Origin: Oligoflexus sp.
Lineage (GTDB): Bacteria; Bdellovibrionota_B; Oligoflexia; Oligoflexales; Oligoflexaceae
Direction of reading: 5' to 3'
NCBI RefSeq assembly: GCF_035712445.1
Contig: NZ_DASTAT010000115.1
Span: forward strand, 25,583-89,582
Length of the DNA stretch: 64,000 bases
In this document: in pieces, positions 33,633 through 44,267 of the stretch
Position numbering within the stretch: the stretch's first letter is position 1
Layout: every line of letters starts with the position of its first letter
The notes under the pieces: model-generated
Told to the model about the DNA's origin: nothing
The model's database searches: none
The model's input: only the letters and a program-made list of their open reading frames with translations
Program-made: the position numbers and the translations under genes

Positions 33633-33812
33633 GGTGAGGGAAAAACAGCGGTCTGCGTGAGTGGAATTGATCAGGTGCAAAACTGGCAAAAACACTCAGC
33701 CAGCCCCCTTGGGGTCCTGTGCTCTCTATTCACTTGAAAATGGGTTTTAAAGGGCGTGAAGGCGAGGGGAAAGGCTCCCGTTCAACAGGTGAACTGAGGA
33801 GCCATGGCGAGC

Positions 33813-34085
33813 TTATTTCACAGCTTCTTTCAGCTCTTTGCCCGGACGGAACACTGGAACTTTGCGAGCAGGAATTTGGATCTCTTCACCTGTCTGTGGG
33901 TTGCGACCCATACGAGCCTTGCGGTTCGAGACAGAGAAAGTGCCAAAGCCAACCAGCTTCACGCCATCTTTCTTTTTGATGTTCTTAGTGACGACTTCGA
34001 TGAAAGCGTCCAAAGACTTCTCAGTGTCGGATTTGGTCAGGCCTGTGACTTTGGTCATTGCTTCAACCAACTCGGCTTTGTTCAT
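33813..34085 (-). CDS. hup: Histone-like DNA-binding protein HU
   Basis: MNKAELV, VKLVGFGTF, RMGRNPQTGEEIQIPA; ATG 34085 after GGAGG. Confidence 0.96.
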   Translation of the reverse strand: MNKAELVEAMTKVTGLTKSDTEKSLDAFIEVVTKNIKKKDGVKLVGFGTFSVSNRKARMGRNPQTGEEIQIPARKVPVFRPGKELKEAVK

Positions 34086-34327
34086 GGAAACCTCCAATGG
34101 CTTGAATCGAAATGGAACTTGGGTACGCAGCTAAAGGTTTACAGGCTATGCGTTTGTTGTCAAGATTTAGTATCTTGGCAGACATTTTTTTTAGCTTTTG
34201 TGCAGGGTGCTCGTCAAGAATTTGGTAATTTGCATATTCAGGTTTTACAATTTCTCCAGACTCCAGGGCTTCACATAGTCTCTCAAAGCCCGCCAGGAGC
34301 CTAGTCTGGGACCATGAGGTAAGCAAC

Positions 34328-34927
34328 ATGATGCGCAGTCTTCTCTGCTTCCTGGTCATCTGTGTGTATAGTATGAGCACCCTGGCAAAGCCCAGGACCC
34401 TTGATCGGCTTATACTCGAGATCAATGGCAAGTCTTACAGTCAGAGGCAGATGGAAGTCTACCAGGCTCTTCGCACTATAGCTGCAGGCGAGCCATCTGA
34501 CAAGGGTTTGCCGGGGCCGGACACTTGGTCTTCAGCGATCGATAGTTTCCGAGTTGAGATGATGATCTACATAAATATCGAAAATGATGCAGAGAAGATG
34601 GAAAAGCTCCCGGTCGATAGCAAAGCCATAAGGCAGGTGCAGGAAAAGCTGGAGGCCTTGGTGGCCACCGATGACAAATGGCGTGACTTCCACCGTCGCT
34701 ACTCGATCAGTGATAGGGAAGTGACGGAACACCTCATTCGAATGTTTAAGGTGCAGGCTTATCTCGAAAGCCGTGGACGGCCTGCTACACCTGGGCAGGG
34801 CGTCTCAACGGGTTACCGAAAAATTGATGTCACCGAATCCTGGTTTGTGACACTCTTCCATGCCACCCCGCATCGCCTCTATGATCGGGCACGGAGCTAT
34901 CAGGTCATTGAACCCTTGGGGGGATGA
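34328..34927 (+). CDS. Exported hypothetical protein, weakly SurA N-terminal-like
   Basis: Signal peptide; LDRLILEINGKSYS resembles the start of the SurA_N domain; no PPIase domain. Confidence 0.5.
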   Translation: MMRSLLCFLVICVYSMSTLAKPRTLDRLILEINGKSYSQRQMEVYQALRTIAAGEPSDKGLPGPDTWSSAIDSFRVEMMIYINIENDAEKMEKLPVDSKAIRQVQEKLEALVATDDKWRDFHRRYSISDREVTEHLIRMFKVQAYLESRGRPATPGQGVSTGYRKIDVTESWFVTLFHATPHRLYDRARSYQVIEPLGG

Positions 34928-34930
34928 AGG

Positions 34931-35401
34931 TTGGACAGGACAGTCGAAGTGAAATTTTATCAAGGGACAGTGGAAGAAAAAGAAGGGCTCGCTCGCGTTT
35001 GTCAGGAATGGGCCGCGGAAGAATTCTGGCCCTATGAGGAATTTCTGGTGTCACTCAAGATTCCAGGCACCTTTCTCCTGTTTCAGTCGGAGAACAATCA
35101 ATGGCTTTCCCTTGCCCTTGGCCGGGCGATGGGTGGGGAAACCGAGCTTTTTTATATCTATGTGAGCACAAAAGCGAGGCGCCGTGGACTTGCGGATGCG
35201 CTGCTCGCCGTTTTCTGCGATCATGCCCAGCGCGACTGGTCCTGTGAAAGGGTCATGCTGGAAGTTCGGACGAGCAATCTTCCTGCGCAAAGACTCTATG
35301 AAAAGCATGGGTTCGAGAAAGTGGCTGTTCGGAAGCGTTACTATCAGAACGGCGAAGACGCACTGATCTATGAAAAGGCCTTCAAAGCCGTTGACGGATA
35401 A
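34931..35401 (+). CDS. RimI-like GNAT N-acetyltransferase
   Basis: YVSTKARRRGLA acetyl-CoA motif; LEVRTSNLPAQRLYEKHGF; RKRYYQNGEDA. Confidence 0.85.
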   Translation: MDRTVEVKFYQGTVEEKEGLARVCQEWAAEEFWPYEEFLVSLKIPGTFLLFQSENNQWLSLALGRAMGGETELFYIYVSTKARRRGLADALLAVFCDHAQRDWSCERVMLEVRTSNLPAQRLYEKHGFEKVAVRKRYYQNGEDALIYEKAFKAVDG

Positions 35402-35565
35402 TTCAGGTCCTTGTTTCCAAATCATGGGCGAGTGTATTCAGAAAGGTCAACGCAGGTGGGGGACCAGGCAGCGAGATCGAGGAATGGTGACGTTTGGAAA
35501 CAAAGACCTCATCAACCATACAAAAGCATGGTCTTCCTTGCAACTTGAAAAAGGACAATTAAAAC

Positions 35566-37200
35566 ATGTCAGCTTCGATGCAGACATCAGCCGCGCATCT
35601 GCTGGTTTTGGTGCCTGTCTATAATCACGCGGCCACGCTGGGCAAGGTTTTGCGTGAACTCAGCACGGTGAATCTGCCGATCCTTGTTGTCGACGACGGC
35701 AGCACGGATGGAATCGAGGCTGTGCTCATCGACTTCCCGCAGCACACCATTTTGAAACATCAGACGAACCGCGGCAAAGGCGAGGCCCTGCGTACCGGTA
35801 TGCAATGGGCCATGAGCCAGGGCTTTACGGCTGTGCTGACCTTCGATGCGGACGGCCAGCACAGGGTCGCTGATATTCCCAAACTCCTGTCTGCGTGGCG
35901 CGAGGACCCTGAGGCGATCACGATCGGAGTCAGGGATTTCAAGGCCGCAGCCAGTGGATCTGTGCCCTTCGGATCAAAAATTGGGCGTTTCCTCTCGAAT
36001 CTCTTTGTATGGGTCGAGACTGGTCAGGCCATGCAGGATACGCAGTCGGGGCTTCGCATCTATGGGCTGCATCGGCGGCTGCTGCGGAGTCTGAAGGCTC
36101 AGCGCTATCATTTCGAAGTCGAAATCCTGGTGCGTGCGGTGTGGATGGGGCTCAACGTTCACACTGTTCCGGTCGGTGTGATCTATCCGCGTCCTGAAGA
36201 GCGCATTTCACATTTTCGCGTGTGGGTCGACACCCTGCGCATGGCGGGCCTGCATTGCCAATTTTTAGGGCTGCGGCTTTTCATGCTGCTGGGACTTTAC
36301 CAGCAAAGGCCCTTGAAAAGTCCCGAAGAGATCGGTGGGGTCGGGGTCATAGCCTGGCTCGTCCAGAGGCTCGGGATTCGCTTCTGTTATACACTTATGA
36401 TCCTGCCGGTGATGTTCATCTTCCTCAAGGAAAGCTCGCGGCGAGCGGCGATTATGGAATTTCATGCTCAGCTTAGGCCCGCTGCGAGTCGATGGAATCG
36501 GCTGAAAGCGAGTCTCAGCAACTTCTGGTATTTCGGGATGAGTCTTTTGGATCGTTTGAATCCTGCGGGCAATTCGAGCATCCTGGCCCCGGCGAGCCTG
36601 AGCGAGGAAACCTGGAAGCATTTGCTCGGACAGGGCAGCATCTTTGTGGGCGCACACTATGGCGATTGGTTTTTGGTCGCTTTGCATAAACGCGACGTCT
36701 TCGATCGGCCCATGGGGCTTGTCATGGATCCGCGCGGAACGCCGGAGTTCATGGACAAGGTCATGGAGCTTTATGGCGATCGGATTCGCATCATAGATCC
36801 TTTCCAGGAGCCCTTGGCCTTTGCCCTGGAGGTGAAACAAATTCTGGACGAGCGCGGGAACGTCTGTTTTTTGGGTGACAGGCTTCAGGGTAAAGCTCGG
36901 GAATACACGGTGAGTCTGCCTTTCCTGGGCAAGGAAGCCGCGTTTCTGCAAGCGCCTTTTGATTTGGCTCTGCGCCTTCGGGTTCCCGTTCTTTATTTTG
37001 GCTGCACCAAACAGGGCATCACGCCTGCAGCCCCTTATCAGATTTTTCTTCATTCCATCTACGACGGACGGGAGCGTTTGCCGGCCAGGGCCCTGGTCGA
37101 ACGCTACGTCAGGCATCTGGAATCACAGGTGCAGACGGCCCCCCAGCATTGGTTTAACTTCATTCCCTTCTGGCGTCAGTTGGAGACGGAGAGAGCATGA
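35566..37200 (+). CDS. GT2 glycosyltransferase fused to an LpxL-like acyltransferase (aryl-polyene-cluster type)
   Basis: VPVYNH, VVDDGSTD, TFDADGQH, DTQSGLRIY, HFEVEIL; C-terminal half GAHYGDW, LGDR, PQHWFNFIPFW. Confidence 0.85.
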   Translation: MSASMQTSAAHLLVLVPVYNHAATLGKVLRELSTVNLPILVVDDGSTDGIEAVLIDFPQHTILKHQTNRGKGEALRTGMQWAMSQGFTAVLTFDADGQHRVADIPKLLSAWREDPEAITIGVRDFKAAASGSVPFGSKIGRFLSNLFVWVETGQAMQDTQSGLRIYGLHRRLLRSLKAQRYHFEVEILVRAVWMGLNVHTVPVGVIYPRPEERISHFRVWVDTLRMAGLHCQFLGLRLFMLLGLYQQRPLKSPEEIGGVGVIAWLVQRLGIRFCYTLMILPVMFIFLKESSRRAAIMEFHAQLRPAASRWNRLKASLSNFWYFGMSLLDRLNPAGNSSILAPASLSEETWKHLLGQGSIFVGAHYGDWFLVALHKRDVFDRPMGLVMDPRGTPEFMDKVMELYGDRIRIIDPFQEPLAFALEVKQILDERGNVCFLGDRLQGKAREYTVSLPFLGKEAAFLQAPFDLALRLRVPVLYFGCTKQGITPAAPYQIFLHSIYDGRERLPARALVERYVRHLESQVQTAPQHWFNFIPFWRQLETERA

Positions 37201-38417
37201 GCTTGAATTGGTCGCAGCTCTTCGCACGCGCGGAACGAATGCGTGACGAGGTCCTGCACGAAGCATGGGCCAAGGAACTGCCCCTTCTTTTGCAGCCGTC
37301 CACCCGCCCCGGAAGCCTGCTGCTGCTTGCCCTTGGTTTTATGTGGCCCTTTGGGGTGATCCTGGATGAGAAAAATCTTCTGAGAGGCGGCACAGCGTTT
37401 CGTTTGGACGAAAGGCTGATTCCTGCTGATCTGATGCCGCCTTCCGAGCGGATTGAAGCGGATCCGGTGGCGCCCGCGTTCTGGTCCCGTCTTGAAGAAT
37501 GGCAGCTGACCCTTTGCACGTCGGGCTCCACGGGCGAACCCAAACGCATTCAAAAGACTGGTGCCGGACTTCTGGCCGAGGTGCGGGATCTTGCGGGGAT
37601 TTATGGGTGGCGTGAAGGGGATGCCATACTCTCTTTGGTGAGTCCGCTGCATATTTACGGGCTCCTTCATAGTTTTCTTCTGCCCTGGTTTTGCCGGGCG
37701 TCTGTTGAGTTCGTGAATTTTCAAAAAGGCCCGATTGATATTCCGGACCTTGCATCGACCCGCTACGCCGCTGTCATTGCAGTTCCAGCGACCTGGAGCT
37801 TTGTGAAGGATCTTCTGAACAGTCGGTCGCTCGGAACTCTGGTGATGTCGGGCGCGCCTTTTGGAGCAAAGCGCCGCGGCGAGCTGCAGGAGTTTTCACG
37901 CAAGCCTGAACGGGCCGTGGAAATCCTTGGCAGCACGGAAACCGGCGGGATTGGAATGAGATCCCTGCTTGAGCCCGAGGATTGTTTTCGCTGTCTCCCG
38001 TCGGTGCGCATCATGGAAGAATCGGGCGAACAATGGGTGCTATCCCCTTATGTGCAGCCTGCGACGCGCTGGGTGCTGGCGGATCGATTGGAAGTGAAGT
38101 CTGATGGGCGCTTTCTGCATCAGGGTCGCAGTGATCGCATTTTCAAGTATGCAGGACAGCGCTACGCACTTGCCGAAGTCGAGACGGCATTGAGCCGAAT
38201 CCATGCGCATGCGGAGACGCTGGCCTTCTTTCATCGTGATGATGCCGTTGCACAGGGCGGCTGGCTGGAGGCCTGGATTGAATCCGACCCCTTGCCGGTG
38301 GATGCCGAGGTCCGGCGACGCTATCAGGCGGAAACGCCCGCTCCTTTCCCGCACCGCGTGCATTTCATGCCTTCCTTTCCAAGGGATGGGCAGGGGAAGG
38401 TCCAAATCCTGACTTAA
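37197..38417 (+). CDS. AMP-binding acyl-CoA/ACP ligase (ApeH-like)
   Basis: CTSGSTGEPK P-loop, VSPLHIYGLL, ILGSTETGGIG, GRSDRIFK; overlaps the previous gene (ATGA). Confidence 0.82.
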   Translation: MSLNWSQLFARAERMRDEVLHEAWAKELPLLLQPSTRPGSLLLLALGFMWPFGVILDEKNLLRGGTAFRLDERLIPADLMPPSERIEADPVAPAFWSRLEEWQLTLCTSGSTGEPKRIQKTGAGLLAEVRDLAGIYGWREGDAILSLVSPLHIYGLLHSFLLPWFCRASVEFVNFQKGPIDIPDLASTRYAAVIAVPATWSFVKDLLNSRSLGTLVMSGAPFGAKRRGELQEFSRKPERAVEILGSTETGGIGMRSLLEPEDCFRCLPSVRIMEESGEQWVLSPYVQPATRWVLADRLEVKSDGRFLHQGRSDRIFKYAGQRYALAEVETALSRIHAHAETLAFFHRDDAVAQGGWLEAWIESDPLPVDAEVRRRYQAETPAPFPHRVHFMPSFPRDGQGKVQILT

Positions 38418-38472
38418 GCTTCCTTTTCCATGATAAAATGTTTCCATTCTTCAAAGATTGGAATGGAAGCTT

Positions 38473-41184
38473 ATGCGCCAGCTCTTTCGTTGGATCATCA
38501 TATGGGCAGCGTGGATGGGCCTCACGCCGACCCTTCAGGCTGCGTTTCCCGTGCAATGGTCGGATGCCGGTGTTTCCTACTGGGTTGAGGACCAGCCCGC
38601 GACGATCCATGACGTGATGCAAAGGCAGGCGACGGATTTCAAGCAGACCACCAGCTTGCAGCCCAATGTTGGCTTTTCCGCGCATTATCTCTGGTTTTCC
38701 ATCGCGCTGAAAAACACGGATACCAGGGCGCTGGACTTTATCTTTGAAGTCGCCTATCCACGTCTTGAGGACCTTGACCTTTATGCGGTCAACGGTCAGG
38801 GGCAGATCCGCTATCATTTTGTCTCCGGTTCGGAGACCCCGGCTGCGGAAAGGCCGATCCACCATGTGAACTATGCCTTTCCCATCCGCGCCGAAGCAGG
38901 CGAGGACCTGCGCTTTTACATCCGAACGCGAACGGACAATCCTCTCCGCTTTCCGGTGAAAGTCTGGCCGCTGGAGCAGTTCCGAGCCTATCAGCAGCAG
39001 CACCAGCTGACCCAGGGACTTTACTATGGTGGCATTGTCATCATGGTGATCTATAACCTTTTCGTTTTCTTTGGGACGCGCAATCGTTCGTACCTCTTTT
39101 ACTGTCTCTTCGTTTTTTCCACAGCAGCTTACCTGGCGAGCGATAGCGGGCTTCTGACTCACTATGTTTTTACGGATTCGAGTTTTTGGAACAATAAGAT
39201 TACGCTGGTCGCGATCTTAGGCGCGAACGTCTTCGGCCTTTATTTCGCGGCCTATTTTATGAACCTGCGCGAGCATGATCCGTTGGTCAACCGCCAGATA
39301 TCGCGGTTGATTCCGGTGCTGTCGTCGATGCTGCTTGCTGTGCCCTTCTTTCATTATCATGTGATCGGTATCATTCTGACGATCGTGAGTACGCTGAATT
39401 CCCTGGTGCTGATGCTTTTGACCGTTCGTGGACTGATGCGGAAGCAGCGTGAGGCCTATTTCTATGCGGCGGCGTGGTCGAGCCTTCTGCTTGGAACGTT
39501 CACCTATGGGCTTTTGTCTTTGGGATTCATCCAGCCGAATTTTTTTACGGAAAAGGGGCTGCAGCTGGGATCCTTCTTTGAAGTGACGATCCTGTCCTTT
39601 GCTCTGGCCGATCGACTGAATCAGTTGCAACTGGGATTGAAAGAGGCCAACAGTCGCCTGGCTCATTACCTGCAGCATGTGGAAGAACAGGTGCTGATCA
39701 AAACGCGGGATATCCGTTCCATCATGGAGCATATTCCGATGGGGGTGTTTTCGATTATTCCCGGGCTCAAGGTGCATAAGGATCACTCGCTCTTCATGGA
39801 AAAACTCTTCTACAGAAAAGAGATTGAAGGGATGGATGCGATCCAGCTGCTGTTTGAATATGCTCTGATCGATGCCGATCAGAAGGCCCAGATGGCATCG
39901 GCGCTGCAGCTTTCGATCGGTGAGGATCAGTTGGCGTTTGAATTGAACAGGCCTGGCCTATTGGAGCAGGTGGAAACTCAATTCAAAGGCGAGCGGCGGA
40001 TTCTGCATCTTCTTTGGAATCCGGTTTGCAATGATGCGGGCGTGCTCGAAAAGGTCCTGGTAACGGCGCATGATATCACGCGGCTTTTGATGCTGGAGGA
40101 TGAATCGCGCAGCCAACGGCAGGAGCTTGGCATGATTCGAAGGATTCTGGAAGTCCCGGTTGCCTCGTTCCATTCCTTTGTTCGAAAGGCGGAGCAGCTG
40201 CTGCAGGAGTGTGAAGCCATGGCGGAGGACGGTCGCGAGACCTATAAGAAGGTTCTGCTGTTTCACATTCACACGCTGAAGGGCACGGCGCGCTCGCTTT
40301 ATTTCAATGAGATCGCAGAGCTTTGCCATCATATTGAAGAAAAGTGCGCCGCGGCCACGGCTGCAGAGCTGAAGGTGATGCTGGGTGAAGTGAAGGGGAT
40401 GGTGCATAGGTATCGGGATACGGCTGTGAATAAGCTGGGACGGCGTCTGGACACCCATGAGGATCTGCGCCTGCCGACCGGATTTTTACGGGATATTCTG
40501 CAGGATTTGGCCGCTGCCGGTGCGAGCGGACGAGGGGCTCAGACGAGAATGCAAACGCTGGAAGCTGCGCTTTTCCGGCCTTTGAACGAAGTCTTGAAGG
40601 AATCGCTCAAGGCCACGGTGCCCTTGGCTTTGGAGCTGGGCAAAGCGGAGCCGCGGATCGAGATCGCTGCTGAGGGTTGGGGCGTGACGCAGGCCGGGGC
40701 GGATATGCTGATGGGCGTGCTCACGCATCTAGTGCGGAACAGCATGGATCATGGTTTGGAGCCTGCTGGGGAACGGCAGAAGGCTGGGAAGAATCCTCAA
40801 GGCTTGATTACGGTGACCGCGGATGTGGATGCGGGGCAGCTCAAGCTTGCATTTGCGGATGATGGTCGTGGTTTGAATCTGAAGGAGCTTAGGAAGATCG
40901 GGATGCAGAAAGGGTTGATTCAAGGGAATGCTTCGCTTTCTGATGTCGTGGAGCTGGTGTTTCAGCCCGAGCTTTCCACCCAGAATCATGTGTCGCTGGT
41001 ATCTGGACGCGGGATAGGGATGGCGGCTGTTCGGGATTATCTGCGGCGCGAGGGTGGGGATGCTGTGATCAGCCTGGGGGCTGTGGATGAAGGGCTGGGG
41101 TTTGTGGAGTTTAGTGTGAATATTTTGCTGCCGCCTGCCGTGTGGAGCAGGCTGCAGCCGGTGGGGTTGTCGAAGTCGGCTTAA
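38473..41184 (+). CDS. 7TM-DISM membrane sensor fused to HPt and CheA-type HATPase domains
   Basis: 7TMR-DISMED2-like ectodomain, seven TM helices, PAS-like segment, HTLKG HPt, HLVRNSMDHG, DDGRG, SGRGIGM. Confidence 0.82.
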   Translation: MRQLFRWIIIWAAWMGLTPTLQAAFPVQWSDAGVSYWVEDQPATIHDVMQRQATDFKQTTSLQPNVGFSAHYLWFSIALKNTDTRALDFIFEVAYPRLEDLDLYAVNGQGQIRYHFVSGSETPAAERPIHHVNYAFPIRAEAGEDLRFYIRTRTDNPLRFPVKVWPLEQFRAYQQQHQLTQGLYYGGIVIMVIYNLFVFFGTRNRSYLFYCLFVFSTAAYLASDSGLLTHYVFTDSSFWNNKITLVAILGANVFGLYFAAYFMNLREHDPLVNRQISRLIPVLSSMLLAVPFFHYHVIGIILTIVSTLNSLVLMLLTVRGLMRKQREAYFYAAAWSSLLLGTFTYGLLSLGFIQPNFFTEKGLQLGSFFEVTILSFALADRLNQLQLGLKEANSRLAHYLQHVEEQVLIKTRDIRSIMEHIPMGVFSIIPGLKVHKDHSLFMEKLFYRKEIEGMDAIQLLFEYALIDADQKAQMASALQLSIGEDQLAFELNRPGLLEQVETQFKGERRILHLLWNPVCNDAGVLEKVLVTAHDITRLLMLEDESRSQRQELGMIRRILEVPVASFHSFVRKAEQLLQECEAMAEDGRETYKKVLLFHIHTLKGTARSLYFNEIAELCHHIEEKCAAATAAELKVMLGEVKGMVHRYRDTAVNKLGRRLDTHEDLRLPTGFLRDILQDLAAAGASGRGAQTRMQTLEAALFRPLNEVLKESLKATVPLALELGKAEPRIEIAAEGWGVTQAGADMLMGVLTHLVRNSMDHGLEPAGERQKAGKNPQGLITVTADVDAGQLKLAFADDGRGLNLKELRKIGMQKGLIQGNASLSDVVELVFQPELSTQNHVSLVSGRGIGMAAVRDYLRREGGDAVISLGAVDEGLGFVEFSVNILLPPAVWSRLQPVGLSKSA

Positions 41185-41194
41185 GGTTTTTTGT

Positions 41195-43261
41195 TTAGAG
41201 CGGTGCTGGGGTCAGGTGGATCCGAGGACCGTCCGGAGTTGTTGCTACGAAGACCAACTGTTGACCGAAGGCAGCGAGACTGAATGCATCGCTGGAGCCA
41301 TTGACGTTAATGTCTTTGACTATAATTGTTCCTGACTCTGTACCATCTGACTTCCAAGGTTCGAGATTGTGAATTCCATCGTGAGCTCTGAAGTACAATA
41401 AGTTGCCCACAGCTGTGAGCGAGGTCATCGAGCTGCCGATTGTTCCTGTTCGAATGTCTTTCACAAGGACAGTCCCGGACTCAGTGCCATCAGATTTCCA
41501 GAGTTCGGTGCCGCTCGTGCCATTATCAGCTGTAAAGAATAATGTTCCATTGACAGTCGTGAGGTTTCCCGGAGTACTTCCGTTTAGGCCGGTGCGGACA
41601 TCTTTTACCATCATTGTTCCTGCTTCCGTACCGTCCGTTTTCCAGAGTTCACGGCCTGAAGTCCCGTTGTCTGCCCGGAAATACAGGTATCCTCCGAGAA
41701 TTGCAAAGGGCGCCGCGCCAGCTGCTGAAAGACCATCCGAGTTTCCAACGCGTATGTCTTTAACCATGACGGTGCCTGCGTCTGTACCATCAGACTTCCA
41801 GAGCTCCCGTCCGTAATCGCTCAGTTCTGCGCTGAAGAACAGTGTGCTTCCCATGGCCATGAAATCTGAGGGTACAGTGTCGGTCATGTTATCCAAGTCT
41901 TTGACCTTGACTGTTCCGCTTTCTGTGCCGTCTGATTTCCAAAGATCGAAATCACCGTTGCCATCGTCAGCTGCAAAGTAAAGGATTCCGTTGACGTTTG
42001 TTAGCGATGCTGGCGAACTGGATGATGAACCTGAATTTATATCCTTGACCAAAGTCGTTCCAATTTCTGTCCCATCCGATTTCCACAATTCAGCCCCGGT
42101 CGTGCTTTCAATTCCTGTAAAGTAGAGAGTTCCATTGACGTTGATCAAAAGGCTGGGGACAACCGATGCGCTCGGTTTAACTTTGACAGTGCCTGCTGTC
42201 GTACCATCCGTTTTCCAAAGGCGAACTCCCGATCCATCATCTGCAGTAAAATAGAGGACCCCTCCCACGCTCTCAAAATTCGAGGGAGAGCTATTCGACG
42301 CCCCTGTGTAAATGTCTTTGACTAGCGTCGTACCCGCGAGCGTTCCATCCGTTGCCCAAAGTTCGGCTCCATGGGTGCTTGAATTTCCTTGGAAGTAAAC
42401 CTTGCCAGCAAACTCGGCAAAACCACTTTGGATGTTGAGTCCTGCTGACGAGATGACATTCGGCACCAGCCGATATTCCTTATAAGCATTCACATTGCCA
42501 TAACCACTCGAAGGAACACAGGCCGATTCACTCAAACGACTGTAGCGATCCGATGTGGTGGCATCGGAGGCATAGGAATAATAAGTCGCAACCGTATGAT
42601 AAGAAGCATTGCTATCATCACAATCCGTAGTCCCGAGACTCGCGGCTAGATACCCAGCCGGCAGCGAAGCTCCGGTGCAGAGCGACCCGGAACTGGCAAT
42701 CGAATGCCCATCATTGTCCGCATCCCGATGCGAGTAGGCGAGCGTCTGCCATTTCGTGGCGTCGGTGCTATCACAATCGCTATAGACAACCTGAGCCAAC
42801 GTTAAAGTATAAGCAGTATTGGAAGGACAAACCTGAGAGGACTGCGAACCATCCGCATAGCCATCTCCATCCGCATCCGTGAGTTTATAGCGAGTCACCC
42901 GAAGCGCATCGTTTTCACCAGGACAAAGATCCTGATCATCGGTGACGCCGTCCATATCTGTATCAGCAGTAGCACTGGTGTTTCCCGAACCTGATCCTGT
43001 GCTCCCACTGCCTCCCGTATTCGTATTGCCTGAGCTATCGTTTGTGGTCGAATCAGTTGATGGCGAAGGGCTGGTTTCGCTGGCGACATCCTTATCATTC
43101 TTGCCCGCAGGGCTGCCGGGAAGGGGACCCGAAGACTTGTCCGTGCCTCCTGTTTCCTCACCCGTGGCCGGGGCCTCGTCGCCTTGAGCGCTGCCCTTTC
43201 CGCCTGGTTTGGTGCAGGCGGTGAAGGTGATGAATAGAGACATGGCTATGAGCGCTTTCAT
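41195..43261 (-). CDS. ELWxxDGT-repeat lipoprotein
   Basis: Lipobox ITFTAC from ATG 43261; Ser/Thr/Gly linker; DxDxDG and DCDD metal-binding-like motifs; eight [EDR][LP]W[KA][ST]DGT repeats. Confidence 0.88.
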   Translation of the reverse strand: MKALIAMSLFITFTACTKPGGKGSAQGDEAPATGEETGGTDKSSGPLPGSPAGKNDKDVASETSPSPSTDSTTNDSSGNTNTGGSGSTGSGSGNTSATADTDMDGVTDDQDLCPGENDALRVTRYKLTDADGDGYADGSQSSQVCPSNTAYTLTLAQVVYSDCDSTDATKWQTLAYSHRDADNDGHSIASSGSLCTGASLPAGYLAASLGTTDCDDSNASYHTVATYYSYASDATTSDRYSRLSESACVPSSGYGNVNAYKEYRLVPNVISSAGLNIQSGFAEFAGKVYFQGNSSTHGAELWATDGTLAGTTLVKDIYTGASNSSPSNFESVGGVLYFTADDGSGVRLWKTDGTTAGTVKVKPSASVVPSLLINVNGTLYFTGIESTTGAELWKSDGTEIGTTLVKDINSGSSSSSPASLTNVNGILYFAADDGNGDFDLWKSDGTESGTVKVKDLDNMTDTVPSDFMAMGSTLFFSAELSDYGRELWKSDGTDAGTVMVKDIRVGNSDGLSAAGAAPFAILGGYLYFRADNGTSGRELWKTDGTEAGTMMVKDVRTGLNGSTPGNLTTVNGTLFFTADNGTSGTELWKSDGTESGTVLVKDIRTGTIGSSMTSLTAVGNLLYFRAHDGIHNLEPWKSDGTESGTIIVKDINVNGSSDAFSLAAFGQQLVFVATTPDGPRIHLTPAPL

Positions 43262-43556
43262 GGGCGACTCCAAAATTATTTGGAAATCCACTTTCAACGC
43301 TATTCGGTGAGGCCCGGTTAAATTATTAAGCAGGTTGAGTTTTAATTTTTATTTCCCAATGCAGTGTTCAATGCTGAAAACGGAAGGCGGGTTGTTTGAA
43401 TCCAAGTTGATGGATTCATAAGGCAATTTAGGGGTCCAAAAAAACCAAACATGGCCTCGTCACACAGCGTCAGGAACTTGAACTTTTGGCTTCTGCCCGG
43501 CGAGTTAAACGCGCCGGACGGGAGCTTGATGATCAGTTTGAGCTAAAAATGGGACT

Positions 43557-44267
43557 TCACTGCAGGCTGATGAAGTGGGGCCGTGACAGGAAACTTTCTT
43601 CCAAACGAATCCGCGAATTATCCTGACGGGGATGGCTTTCCCTTTTGATTTCAAGGGTTAACTCCTTACCGCGGGGGAAGCGGGCCAGCTGCTCGCGACT
43701 GAAGACCAAACGTAAGGATTCTTTCGTATAAAGGCACTCTTTCACAGAGGGATCAGCCGTGGATATCACAGTGGGCTCGTAGTTCAGGCAGAGGGTGATT
43801 TCATCTTCACCGAAGAGTGGTTCACCTTCCATGAGCACGGTCAGCTCGCGATCACCGCGGAGCGCAGTTCCTTCAGACGGAACTTTGATGGAAGTCGGTG
43901 CGGGAACCTTGGCCTCTGTGACAAAGACTTCGCCATCGTTATTCACATAGCGGAATTCCAGAGGCATGTTCGGCGTGCGGGTCATGGGCATTTCAAGATT
44001 ATAGCTCGCCGAGTTGAGTACGTTGCTATACTTCATAGGCGTGCTGTTGAAAGTGATCGTGCTGCCATCGGTAAGCTTAAGACTGGTACCGAGATTGTCT
44101 TCATAATGAAACGAAGCCGAGGCTTTGAGTTGGCTGCTGCCTTCATCGTAGGTCACTTCGTAGGATTGCTCGATGGTGCTCTGCTTCACATCCGCAGAAC
44201 GGCCGGTGCCGCAAGCTGTCAGGGCAAGCAGGGGTAAAAGAAGCCAAGAGCGAGTTTGTTGCTGCAT
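43557..44267 (-). CDS. Hypothetical lipoprotein
   Basis: MQQQTRSWLLLPLLALTACG lipobox; beta-rich; no family recognised. Confidence 0.7.
   Translation of the reverse strand: MQQQTRSWLLLPLLALTACGTGRSADVKQSTIEQSYEVTYDEGSSQLKASASFHYEDNLGTSLKLTDGSTITFNSTPMKYSNVLNSASYNLEMPMTRTPNMPLEFRYVNNDGEVFVTEAKVPAPTSIKVPSEGTALRGDRELTVLMEGEPLFGEDEITLCLNYEPTVISTADPSVKECLYTKESLRLVFSREQLARFPRGKELTLEIKRESHPRQDNSRIRLEESFLSRPHFISLQ

Noticed and set aside
41300-42400. Recurring DNA motifs at roughly 140-150 nt spacing, resembling a CRISPR-like array
   Set aside because: They are degenerate and in frame, encode the ELWxxDGT protein repeats, and no cas genes are present.
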